A stretch of DNA of 64,000 nucleotides, taken from Eledone cirrhosa. Lineage: Eukaryota. Of this stretch, positions 42,204-55,100 are shown piece after piece; the stretch's first letter is position 1, and every line of letters starts with the position of its first letter. The position numbers and the translations under genes are program-made. Below the pieces are notes generated by a model. The model was not told where the DNA came from. It saw nothing but the letters and a program-made list of their open reading frames with translations, and searched no databases. The DNA is taken from positions 45,880,001 to 45,944,000 of the forward strand of contig OZ024751.1 of assembly GCA_964016885.1 (NCBI GenBank), in the 5' to 3' direction.

Positions 42204-45200
42204 CTACAGGCTGATATAGAGAGAAAGCCCATTCACTCGGGCCATTCTCGCTACTTTCACCCATCTTTCATAAAACTTGCTGGGGTAGAGCACCTCTCTC
42301 TCCATTCTGATCCTTCTTCTAAAGTGGTACTTGAAAAAAAAGACCAGTTGTTGGCCGGAGAGAAAGGTGTCTGACCTCAGCCCTTTCAACCTTGTCCACC
42401 ATACAACTTCTTTCGCCATGGCTATCACACAGAGGAAAACCGCCTCTCCTTCGTTTTTGAAAGGGGGAGGCGGTTTGATCGTGACAATATTCTCGGTGGT
42501 CAACCGGATTGGTCCCACCCGCGACAGTAGTCGTTCTACATAGCCTCACAGGTCAGCAACGCCCGGGCAGTGTACCAATGCGTGTGCGACGGTTTCCTTG
42601 TCACGCACGCATCTTGGACAAATCTTCTTCGAGAGGTCCCTACCCGGGCGCCCGTGTCTGTAGAGCTTGTCTCGAACGGGTAGAGCTCCTCGGTAACATT
42701 GCCAAGCCAGGGACTTTTGGAAGTTGTCCATCGGTCCCGGGCCAAACGTCCTACCGAACAGACTGGCCAGCTCGCCTTCCTCCATGCCCAGAGCCTCTCC
42801 GAGAGGGTCGTCGCACTTACTGCGCACCAACCCTCTATAGAATGTTGAGGTTGAGTCTCCACTGATTGCCAGATCCGCTTGCCAGAGGGCCGTGAGCGCC
42901 TGGGCACATTCAATGTGCCAGTCGCCCACTTTTCTCGGTCTTTGCTTGACCCAGGATTGCAGCTCGGTGAGTGAGACAAGTCTTGGAAAGGCTCGCCTCA
43001 CAAACAGGGCCCACACCGGCTGACCAGTGAGGAATACCTGGAGGTGCCGTAGCCTTAATGCGTGTCTACGCATCGTCAGCCACGTGGTCCCCAGCCCTCC
43101 GTCCGAAGGGTGTTGACAGCATATGGATCTTTTCACCAAAGGAGCACGCTTCTTCCAAAGAAATCGGAAGAGCGCGCGCTCCATTTTGGCGAGTGTTTTC
43201 TCTGGGCAAGGCACGACGGGCAAGCGGTAGTAGATGACGAACGCTATATAAGCGTTTGCCACCTCCACTCGACCTTTCAGGGATAGTTTGCACTCGGCCC
43301 ACTTCTGGGCGAGTGCAAACACCTTGTCCGTTACCTCGTCCCAGTTTTTCTCCACCTGGAGGTCCGGTCCGAACCAGACCCCGAGCAGCTTCACCGGTCC
43401 CTCCGTCCAGCGTCCGACGATGCCGTCGGAGGGCATCGTTTTGCCCCTCCACGTCTCGAGTTGCAAACCGACGGACTTGTCCCGGTTCAGCTTGGGTCCT
43501 GTGAACCTTTCATATTCCTCCAGTAAGGTGCCGATCTGCCCGATTTCCGAGGCGCACGACACCATTACTGTCACGTCATCGGCGTAGGCCGACACCGCTT
43601 TCCGCAATCCCAGTTCCAAGGGGATGCCCTGCAACAGCTCCAGCTTCCGCAGTAGTGGTTCGAGAGCCAGCACATACAGGAGGGAGGAGAGAGGGCATCC
43701 CTGTCGGATGGATCGCGTGATTTGGAACGGCTCCGAGATGTAGCCGTTCACCTTGACCCTCGAGCAGGTGTTGCTGCTGTTCATTGCAGCAATCCAGCCC
43801 CTGAAAACGGGTCCGAAGCCTGCTGCCGCGAGCACCGCATCCAGGTACCGATGGTCAACCCTATCGAACGCCTTAGATTGATCCAAGTTGATCAGGGCAC
43901 CACCAAAGCCGGGTTCGTTCCCTACCCTCTCTACGATGTATCGCATGAGGTGGAGGTTGTCGTGTATGGACCTGGACGGGATTGCGCATGCCTGCGCTTC
44001 TCCCACCAGGTTCCCGACGACAAGCGCCAACCTCTTCGCTAACACCTTGGCCAAAATCTTTAACTCTGTGTTTAGCAGAGTTATGGGCCTGAAGTTATCT
44101 ATGTCATCCCCCTTGTTCTCGTCCTTCCTCACCAGCGTGACTACGCCCTTGGTCACAGAACTGGGAATTCTCCCGTTCTGTTGCCAGTTGCAGTAGACCG
44201 CCTCGAGGAGACCGGAGAACAAGCCCGGCATCGCTACATAAAGTTCGTATGGTAGACGATCGAGACCCGGAGATTTGCGTTTGCCGCATTGGCTCAGCGC
44301 TTCCCCTATTTCAGCGGCTGAAATCGGCCTCTCGCAGGACTTCGCCTCCCCGTCCGAGAGCCGCGCCAGACCGTCGAGGTATGGACCGAAATCCATGGCC
44401 CCCACCCGGCCCGCCTCCCCTCCCGAACAGTCGTGCAAAGCGCCGTTCAAGGATCCGCTCAGGTTCAAGGATCCGCTCAGGTTCAAGGATCACGCGTCTA
44501 TCCTGGTCCTTCAAAGACCGAATCGTGGACTTGTTTCCACTTTTTGCCTCTGTCACTCGGGCCCAGCTAACAGCTTTGGCTCCCTCGTTACCCAGAGCAC
44601 GTATTTTACGCCTGACAACGCAGCCCTCGTGCTTCGCATCAAAGAACTGGTCTAGGGCCGTTCTTGACGCCAGCACGCCGGCCACGTTGCCACTCCTAAT
44701 CGCCTCTTCTACTCTATTTGTTAATTCCCTTTCAGTTCTATTCCTATCTGATGCTAATTCCCGACTAAAACCTATCGATTCTATTCTAATTTCTCTCTTG
44801 AGAGAGCCCCACCACCTGTTGTTGACAATTGCCCCCGTCAAACGCTGCTTAACTAGTGTGCTAATCCGCTTACTGTAAGCTTTGTTTGTCGGTAAAGACA
44901 AGTTTAGCTTCCAGTAACCGGGTCCCTGTCTATGAGTTCTATCAAGGTTGACCACTCTGGTTACCAACTTGTGATCCGAATAGTCAACCATGAACATTCG
45001 TGGACAGCTTAATATGTCCCTATCCTTATTTCTAACTAGGAACCTATCTAGGTACGACCTAGATGTTCCGCTGCGATTACTCCACGTCCACCGTGGCACA
45101 GTCGAAAAATCTAGTCGATATCTATCGGCCAGATCAAATCGGCCGATTAATCGTTTGAGGCTGTTACACCCACCTCTATCGGGTCATGCCCCTACATAGT

Positions 45201-45643
45201 CCCAACGTGCATCCAGGATACCATTCCAGTCCCCCACTAAAAGCAAGGAGCGAGACGTTCCCAGGAAATTCTCCAGGCGTCGGAAGAAGTCCGGTCGCGG
45301 TGTCCCAGATGGGGCATACGCTGCCACCAGCCTGAAAGTTCCACCTTCACCACTGCTGACGTCTAATACCACCAGTCGACTCTCCGGGTCCAGGTGTACC
45401 TTCTGTGTACAGGTATTTTCGCAGCAGAACGACAACCCCACCCACACCCCTCGGCTGACAGAGAGATGCGTAGATCTCAAAGTCGTCGAAGATGGGGGCC
45501 AGTTGGCGCTCGCTGCTGATCCTGGACTCGCAAATAACCATTACATCCACTCTGTGCGACCTGAGGTCATTTAAGAGTTTGCCCTGTTTCCAGGACATCC
45601 CCAAGCCTCGTGCATTCATACATCAAACTCTTATATTGGCCAT
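42204..45643 (-). pseudogene. LINE ORF2: APE endonuclease, reverse transcriptase, C-terminal zinc knuckle
   Basis: MNARGL, VICES, GDWN, SYLDRFL, YSDH, GPGYWKLN; KSPGLD, FRPITLLN, LDQSKAFDRVDH, RQGCPLS, YADD; CPRC..HALVHC. Split by several frameshifts and stops. Confidence 0.92.
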
Positions 45644-45685
45644 GTTGGTGCTGAAGAGTTAAAAAGGAAGAGGAAAGGAAATTAC

Positions 45686-46413
45686 TTACCTCTTCGTCTC
45701 CTGGGGACCAGGCTGCACAATTTCCATGGGGGTGTTGGAAGGGTTATTTGGTGGGGTGGTGGTTTGTGGTGGGGTGAGGACATCAGTGTGTGGTGGGATT
45801 AGGGTGTTTGGTGGGGTGTGGGTGTCTGGTGTGGGGGTGGGGAAACATCTCAATAGGACGCTGTTATGTGGTTTGGTGCAATTGGTCCCCACATGCATTG
45901 GATGGTTCTTTTTCAAAGTTACATAGGTTTCCGTTGGGACCCTAATCATCATTAGGTGCGGTCTGCTCGCTGCGTAGGTGAAAGTGATCCCTTCGGTTTC
46001 CACCGAAGGGTTATTTTCTATCGCTTTCATCAACGTTTTATTGTTCTTGTTAATGTATGTATAGAGTTTTTGTTGTGTTGTGTTTGTTTTTGTTTGTTGT
46101 TCTTGTGCGTGTTTGCGTTTTGTAGTACGTGTTATGTTTTGGGGAGGGGTGGGTTTTTTTTATTTGTGATGTTTGTTCTGTTTGTGCTGGTGGTTGTGTG
46201 TTTGTGGCATTTTTGTTAATGTGGTGCCTTTTTATTTTTATTTTCACCTGTTGAAAGGGTTCTCCCTCGTCGTCACTGGGTGACGTTGATACAGAGTTCT
46301 CTTCCATGTTGTTGGGGAGGGGTATATTTTGGGGTTTTGTTGTGGTTGCTTTTGTATTTGTTTTAGGTGGGGAGGGGTTGGGTGGAACAATGTTTTGTGT
46401 TGTTATTTTTCCG

Positions 46414-46479
<66 letters not shown>

Positions 46480-47536
46480 AGTGGTGGTGGTGGTGGTTGT
46501 GTTGTTGTGTTCAGGGTTGGCAGAAGAGCGGTTTTTTTTTACTCGTTAATTGAGGACAGGCAGCCCTCAGGTGACCCCTGCTTAAGCAGTGGTAACATGA
46601 CGGCCGCCTTCCCTCCACTGAAATGTTTATATAAGTTAGCCCGTCCAGAGGCACGCGTTGTGGGATATTCGCTATTTGTTCTGGGCTCATTTGCACCAGA
46701 ACTTCTACGGTGGTCCCACCAAATATACCTCCGGAGGACTTTCCTATTGAAATTATCTTGTCTTCGTCAAAGTCAATGATTCCACATAGTATCCACCAAA
46801 TATTTACATTTGGTGTGATACTCATTATTTTTATTCTTTGTGTCCTTTTTCCCCTGTATGTGGGGAAAAAGGTGAAGCGGGAGGACACAATGGGCGAGAC
46901 CGAGTACTTTTGAGCTGTTGACTGGTTGTTCATTAGCACCGAAATGCTACCAAACAGTTTACCTTTTTGTATGAAGGTTAAGTCCTTCATTGCATCTTTT
47001 AGAACCAGCTCAATTTCACTTTGTGATAATTGAGCTGGTTTTCTTGTTTCGTTCGATATTGCCCTGAAAACTGTGGTTTTCAGGACAGCCTCTCTACGTA
47101 ATTCCTGTGGAGAATTGATGCTAAAAGCATCGTTTTCGCCAAAAGTCACGAATTGTTTTGCGTCTTGTAATAGTTGTTTAGCATTTGTTATGTCTATTGT
47201 CGTGTATAGTTCGTTTTTTTTAACAGTCTGTGCGAACGTTGTTTTGGTGTTGTTGTCTTTTTTGTTGCTGCTGTTGTTGTCACTGTTGGTAATATTGTTC
47301 ATGTTTTCCTTGGTGTTGCTATTGTTGCAGTTGTTGGTTGTGGTGTTATTGTCGTTGTTCTTGTTGTTGGTGCTGGTATGATTTACCGGGTTTGGCGTCG
47401 TGGTTTCAATATTTTCAACGTTTTTCGATAATGCGAGGGGGGAAGGCTGCAAGCTTTGTACTCCTACCTTCCCTCCACCACTTTTCTTAGTGGGCGTGGC
47501 ACTCACGACAGTGTGCGAGGGGGAAATGGCATCCAT
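45686..47536 (-). pseudogene. LINE ORF1 (gag-like, CX2CX4HX4C)
   Basis: 341-aa segment ending CYHCLSRGHLRAAC; apparent frameshift at an A-run near 46535, followed by low-complexity continuations to 45686. Confidence 0.8.
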
Positions 47537-47741
47537 TGCTGACTACCAAATCTACACAGTTTTGAGATGACAATGAAAATTTCGCCCCAGAAAGGGGCGA
47601 AAATTAGTTGACTCAACGTCTGAAGGCCCAGGCAAGGGGTTAAACTAAACAATGCTATTAAATTGAGCAATGAACTCACAGTTTTTTTGACAATAATCCG
47701 TAAAAATGCGGAGCGAAGTAATTCACGTCTATATCAAGTGT

Positions 47742-48028
47742 TAGAGAGGGGGATAATTTGGCATTAATTGATATAGAGAGAGGTATAGGAAGAGAGTTCC
47801 GTGTAGTAGATATAGAGAGGGGGATAATTTGGTATTAATTGATATAGAGAGGGGTATTGGAAGAGAGTTCCGTGTAGTAGATATAGAGAGGGGTATTGGA
47901 CGAGAGTTCCGTGTAGTAGACATAGAGAGAGGGAGAGTTTGGTGTTAATTGATATAGAGAAGTGTATTGGAAGAGAGTTCGTGTAGTAGATATAGAGATG
48001 GGTATTGAACGAGAGTTCCGTGTAGTAG
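47742..48028 (+). repeat. Composite minisatellite (gagagttccgtgtagtagatatagagagg..); other half at 41860-41962
   Basis: Same units on both sides of the LINE. Confidence 0.9.
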
Positions 48029-48284
48029 TGCCTGTTTTGGTAGTTTCTCCCCAAACTACAGAAACACACATCTCTTTAGATATCGATACAATTTATGTAA
48101 ATGTTATGTTTACCGCATATCGAAGTTTTCTGATCATTTTAGAGTTCAAAGATCTAAACTAATTACTACAACTAAATTGACCAAATATGGGCCCCCACTT
48201 AATTCAGAAATGCTTCCACCGCCCCTGATGTAGTTGACTTTCTTGAGATTCGGTAAAAAATAACATCTCGTTTATATAATATTA

Positions 48285-48472
48285 TAATTGTTTCTACTTT
48301 TGGCACAAGGCCAACTATTACCAGTACATTACTGGTACTTTATTTTATCGACCCTGTAAGGATGAAAGACAAAGTTAACCTCGGCGGGATTTGAACTCAG
48401 ACCATAAAGGGCCGTAACTCTTTGCTGCAAAGCATGGCGTCCGACCCTCTACCGATACTGCCAAACCACCGT
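48285..48472 (-). mobile_element. tRNA-derived SINE
   Basis: Reverse complement of the family consensus. Confidence 0.85.
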
Positions 48473-48502
48473 TTATATCATATTATAATGTTTGGATTTG
48501 GT

Positions 48503-48912
48503 GTAATATCTTTACATATATAACCAAGGTGTGGGCTGTAGGTAGACATGGCTGTCTACGGTCTGGTGGGGGAGGGGGTAATATCTTTACATATATAACC
48601 AAGGTATGGGGTGTAGGTAGACATGGTTGTCTACGGTCTGGGCGGAGGGGGTAATATATTTACATATATAACCAAGGTGTGGGGTGTAAGTAGACATGGC
48701 TGACTACGGTGTGGTGGGGGAGGGGGTAATATCTTTACATATATAACCAAGGTGTGGGGTGTAGGTAGACATGGCTGTCTACGGGCTGGGTGGGTGAGGG
48801 CATAATGTCTTTATATATATATAACGAAGGTGTGGGGTGGGGGAATGTCTTTACATATATAACCAAGGTGTGGGGTGTAGGTAGACATGGCTGCTACTGC
48901 CTGGGTGGGTGG
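48503..48912 (+). repeat. ~74-bp G-rich minisatellite with internal hairpin
   Basis: Units start near 48504, 48579, 48652, 48727 and 48803; hairpin gtagac-atggct-gtctac. Confidence 0.9.
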
Positions 48913-48954
48913 CGTAGGGATATCGTTTCTTCTTCAGTCTTTATTTTTTGTCTT

Positions 48955-49119
48955 AGGGTCGGACGCCATGCTTTCCAGCATAGTTACGTCCCTTTACGAT
49001 CTGAGTTCAAATCTCGCCGAGGTTGACTTTGCCTTTCATCCTTACGGGGTCGATAAAATAAAGTACCAGTAATGCACTGGGTATTTGCTGGCCTTGTGCC
49101 TAAAGTAGAAACAATTATT
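48955..49119 (+). mobile_element. 5'-truncated SINE abutting the satellite
   Basis: Family consensus from agggtcggacgcc to gaaacaattat. Confidence 0.85.
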
Positions 49120-49132
49120 TCGCCATCTCCCG

Positions 49133-52100
49133 GGTCCTCTATGACGATACACCTAACTATAGACTGTGTATGGAGTCCTCTATGACAATACAACTAACTG
49201 TAGGGTCTGTATGGAGTCCTCTATGACAATACACCGAACTGTAGGGTGTGTATGGAGTCCTCTATGACAATACAACTAACTGTAGGCTGTGTATGGTATC
49301 CTCTATGGCAATACAACTAACTGTAGGGTGTGTATGGAGTCCTCTATGACAATACAACTAACTGTAGGGTCTGTATGGAGTCCTCTATGACAATACAACT
49401 AACTGTAGACTGTGTATGGAGTCCTCTATGACAATACAACTAACTGTAGGGTCTGTATGGAGTCCTCTATGACAATACAACAAACTGTAGGCTGTGTATG
49501 GAGTCCTCTATGAAAATACAACTAACTGTAGGGTGTGTATGGAGTCCTCTATGACAATACACCTAACTATAGACTGTGTATGGAGTCCTCTATGACAATA
49601 CAACTAACTGTACGCTGTGTATGGAGTCCTCTATGACAATACAACAAACTGTAGGCTGTGTATGGAGTCCTCTATGAAAATACAACTAACTGTAGGGTGT
49701 GTATGGAGTCCTCTATGACAATACAACTAACTGTAGGGTGTGTATGGAGTCCTCTATGACAATACAACTAACTGTAGGGTCTGTATGGAGTCCTCTATGA
49801 CAATACAACTAACTGTAGGGTCTGTATGGAGTCCTCTATGACAATACAACTAACTGTAGGGTCTGTATGGAGTCCTCTATGACAATACAACTAACTGTAG
49901 GGTCTGTATGGAGTCCTCTATGACAATACAACTAACTGTAGGGTCTGTATGGAGTCCTCTATGACAATACAACTAACTGTAGGGTCTGTATGGAGTCCTC
50001 TATGACAATACACCTAACTATAGACTGTGTATGGAGTCCTCTATGACAATACACCTAACTATAGACTGTGTATGGAGTCCTCTATGACAATACAACTAAC
50101 TGTACGCTGTGTATGGAGTCCTCTATGACAATACAAGTAACTGTAGGCTGTGTATGGAATCCTCTATGGCAATACAACTAACTGTAGGGTGTGTATGGAG
50201 CCCTCTATGACAATACAACTAACTGTAGGGTGTGTATGGAGTCCTCTATGACAATACACCTAACTATAGACTGTGTATGGAGTCCTCTATGACAATACAC
50301 CTAACTATAGACTGTGTATGGAGTCCTCTATGACAATACAACTAACTGTACGCTGTGTATGGAGTCCTCTATGACAATACAAGTAACTGTAGGCTGTGTA
50401 TGGAATCCTCTATGGCAATACAACTAACTGTAGGTGTGTATGGAGTCCTCTATGACAATACAACTAACTGTAGGGTGTGTATGGAGTCCTCTATGACAAT
50501 ACAACTAACTGTAGGGTCTGTATGGAGTCCTCTATGACAATACACCTAACTGTAGACTGTGTATGGAGTCCTCTATGACAATACAACTAACTGTAGGGTC
50601 TGTATGGAGTCCTCTATGACAATACAACTAACTGTAGGGTCTGTATGGAGTCCTCTATGACAATACAACTAACTGTAGGGTCTGTATGGAGTCCTCTATG
50701 ACAATACAACTAACTGTAGGGTGTGTATGGAGTCCTCTATGACAATACAACTAACTGTAGGCTGTGTATGGAGTCCTCTGTGACAATGCAACTAACTGTA
50801 GGCTGTGTATGGAGTCCTCTATGAAAATACAACTAACTGTAGGGTGTGTATGGAGTCCTCTATGACAATACAACTAACTGTACGCTGTGTATGGAGTCCT
50901 CTATGAAAATACAACTAACTGTAGGGTGTGTATGGAGTCCTCTATGACAATACAACTAACTGTAGGGTGTGTATGGAGTCCTCTATGACGATACAACTAA
51001 CTGTAGGCTGTGTATGGAGTCCTCTATGACAATACAACAAACTGTAGGCTGTGTATGGAGTCCTCTATGACGATACACCTAACTGTAGACTGTGTATGGA
51101 GTCCTCTATGACAATACAACTAACTGTAGGCTGTGTATGGAGTCCTCTATGACAATACAACTAACTGTAGACTGTGTATGGAGTCCTCTATGACAATACA
51201 ACTAACTGTAGGGTGTGTATGGAGTCCTCTATGACAATACAACTAACTGTAGGGTGTGTATGGAGTCCTCTATGACAATACAACTAACTGTAGGGTATGT
51301 AAGGAGTCATCTATGACAATACAACTAACTGTAGGCTGTGTATGGAGTCCTCTATGACAATACAACTAACTGTAGGCTGTGTATGGAGTCCTCTATGGCA
51401 ATACAACTAACTGTAGACTGTGTATGGAGTCCTCTATGACAATACAACTAACTGTAGGCTGTGTATGGAGTCCTCTATGACAATACAACTAACTGTAGGC
51501 TGTGTATGGAGTCCTCTATGGCAATACAACTAACTGTAGGCTGTGTATGGAGTCCTCTATGACAATACAACTAACTGTAGGCTGTGTATGGAGTCCTCTA
51601 TGACAATACAACTAACTGTAGGCTGTGTATGGAGTCCTCTATGGCAATACAACTAACTGTAGACTGTGTATGGAGTCCTCTATGACAATACAACTAACTG
51701 TAGGCTGTGTATGGAGTCCTCTATGACAATACAACTAACTGTAGGCTGTGTATGGAGTCCTCTATGGCAATACAACTAACTGTAGGCTGTGTATGGAGTC
51801 CTCTATGGCAATACAACTAACTGTAGGCTGTGTATGGAGTCCTCTATGGCAATACAACTAACTGTAGGCTGTGTATGGAGTCCTCTATGGCAATACAACT
51901 AACTGTAGGCTGTGTATGGAGTCCTCTATGGCAATACAACTAACTGTAGGCTGTGTATGGAGTCCTCTATGACAATACAACTAACTGTAGGCTGTGTATG
52001 GAGTCCTCTATGACAATACAACTAACTGTAGGCTGTGTATGGAGTCCTCTATGACAATACAACTAACTGTAGACTGTGTATGGAGTCCTCTATGACAATA

Positions 52101-55100
52101 CAACTAACTGTAGGGTGTGTATGGAGTCCTCTATGACAATACAACTAACTGTAGGGTGTGTATGGAGTCCTCTATGACAATACAACTAACTGTAGGGTAT
52201 GTATGGAGTCCTCTATGACAATACAACTAACTGTAGGCTGTGTATGGAGTCCTCTATGACAATACAACTAACTGTAGGCTGTGTATGGAATCCTCTATGG
52301 CAATACAACTAACTGAAGGGTGTGTATGGAGTCCTCTATGACAATACAACTAACTGTAGGGTCTATATGGAGTCCTCTATGACAATACAACTAACTGTAG
52401 GCTGTGTATGGAGTCCTCTATGACAATACAACTAACTGTAGGCTGTGTATGGAGTCCTCTATGACAATACAACTAACTGTAGACTGTGTATGGAGTCCTC
52501 TATGACAATACAAGTAACTGTAGGCTGTGTATGGAGTCCTCTAAGACAATACAAGTAACTGTAGGCTGTGTATGGGGTCCTCTATGACAATACAACTAAC
52601 TGTAGGCTGTGTATGGAGTCCTCTATGACAATACAAGTAACTGTAGACTGTGTATGGAGTCCTCTATGACAATACAACTAACTGTAGGCTGTGTATGGAG
52701 TCCTCTATGACAATACAAGTAACTGTAGACTGTGTATGGAGTCCTCTATGACAATACAACTAACTGTAGGGTGTGTATGGAGTCCTCTATGACAATACAA
52801 CTAACTGTAGGCTGTGTATGGAGTCCTCTATGACAATACAAGTAACTGTAGACTGTGTATGGAGTCCTCTATGACAATACAACTAACTGTAGGGTGTGTA
52901 TGGAGTCCTCTATGACAATACAACTAACTGTAGGCTGTGTATGGAGTCCTCTATGACAATACAAGTAACTGTAGACTGTGTATGGAGTCCTCTATGACAA
53001 TACAACTAACTGTAGGGTGTGTATGGAGTCCACTATGACAATACAACTAACTGTAGGGTGTGTATGGAGTCCTCTATGACAATACAACTAACTGTAGGGT
53101 GTGTATGGAATCCTCTATGACAATACAACTAACTGTAGGGTATGTATGGAGTCATCTATGACAATACAACTAACTGTAGGCTGTGTATGGAGTCCTCTAT
53201 GACAATACAACTAACTGTAGGCTGAGTATGGAGTCCTCTATGACAATACAACTAACTGTAGGCTGTGTATGGAATCCTCTATGGCAATACAACTAACTGT
53301 AGGGTGTGTATGGAGTCCTCTATGACAATACAACTAACTGTAGGGTCTGTATGGAGTCCTCTATGACAATACAACTAACTGTAGGCTGTGTATGGAGTCC
53401 TCTATGACAATACAACTAACTGTAGGCTGTGTATGGAGTCCTCTATGACAATACAACTAACTGTAGACTGTGTATGGAGTCCTCTATGACGATACACCTA
53501 ACTGTAGACTGTGTATGGAGTCCTCTATGACAATACAACTAACTGTAGGGTCTGTATGGAGTCCTCTATGACAATACAACTAACTGTAGGGTCTGTATGG
53601 AGTCCTCTATGACAATACAACTAACTGTAGGGTGTGTATGGAGTCATCTATGACAATACAACTAACTGTAGGCTGTGTATGGAGTCCTCTATGACGTTAC
53701 ACCTAACTGTAGACTGTGTATGGAGTCCTCTATGACAATACAACAAACTGTAGGCTGTGTATGGAGTCCTCTATGACAATACAACAAACTGTAGGCTGTG
53801 TATGGAGTCCTGTATGACGATACAACTAACTGTAGGCTGTGTATGGAGTCCTCTATGACAATACAACAAACTGTAGGCTGTGTATGGAGTCCTCTATGAC
53901 GATACAACTAACTGTAGGCTGTGTATGGAGTCCTCTATGACAATACAACAAACTGTAGACTGTGTATGGAGTCCTCTATGACGATACAACTAACAGTAGG
54001 CTGTGTATGGAGTCCTCTATGACAATACAACAAACTGTAGGCTGTGTATGGGGTCCTCTATGACGATACAACTAACTGTAGGCTGTGTATGGAGTCCTCT
54101 ATGACAATACAACTAACTGTACGCTGTGTATGGAGTCCTCTATGAAAATACAACTAACTGTAGGGTGTGTATGGAGTCCTCTATGACAATACAACTAACT
54201 GTAGGGTGTGTATGGAGTCCTCTATGAAAATACAACTAACTGTAGGGTGTGTATGGAGTCCTCTATGACAATACAACTAACTGTAGGGTGTGTATGGAGT
54301 CATCTATGACAATACACCTAACTGTAGGCTGTGTATGGAGTCCTCTATGACAATACAACTAACTGTAGGGTGTGTATGGAGTCCTCTATGACAATACAAC
54401 AAACTGTAGGCTGTGTATGGAGTCCTCTATGACAATACAACTAACTGTAGGCTGTGTATGGAGTCCTCTATGAAAATACAACTAACTGTAGGGTGTGTTT
54501 GGAGTCCTCTATGACAATACAACTAACTGTAGGCAGTGTATGGAGTCATCTATGACAATACACCTAACTGTAGGGTGTGTATGGAGTCCTCTATGGCAAT
54601 ACAACTAACTGTAGACTGTGTATGGAGTCCTCTATGACAATACACCTAACTGTAGGGTGTGTATGGAGTCCTCTATGGCAATACAACTAACTGTAGACTG
54701 TGTATGGAGTCCTCTATGACAATACACCTAACTGTAGGGTGTGTATGGAGTCCTCTATGGCAATACAACTAACTGTAGACTGTGTATGGAGTCCTCTATG
54801 ACAATACACCTAACTGTAGGGTGTGTATGGAGTCCTCTATGACAATACACCTAACTGTAGGGTGTGTATGGAATCCTCTATGACAATACAACTAACTGTA
54901 GGGTGTGTATGGAGTCCTCTATGACAATACACCTAACTGTAGGCTGTGTATGGAGTCCTCTATGAAAATACAACTAACTGTAGACTGTGTATGGAGTCCT
55001 CTATGACAATACACCTAACTGTAGGGTGTGTATGGAGTCCTCTATGACAATACAACTAACTGTAGGCTGTGTATGGAGTCCTCTATGAAAATACAACTAA

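Larger units (their letters stand above)
41963..47741 (-). mobile_element. L1/Tx1-type non-LTR retrotransposon, 5'-complete, disrupted
   Basis: ORF1 with CCHC knuckle, ORF2 APE-RT-CCHC, AATAAA near the 3' end, the same minisatellite on both flanks. Confidence 0.92.

Noticed and set aside
45623-45625. In-frame TGA near the LINE ORF2 start as readthrough
   Set aside because: Simple point mutation is likelier in a copy with several other lesions.
42331-47381. Plus-strand ORFs overlapping the LINE
   Set aside because: Antisense shadows of GC-rich coding sequence with no motifs.
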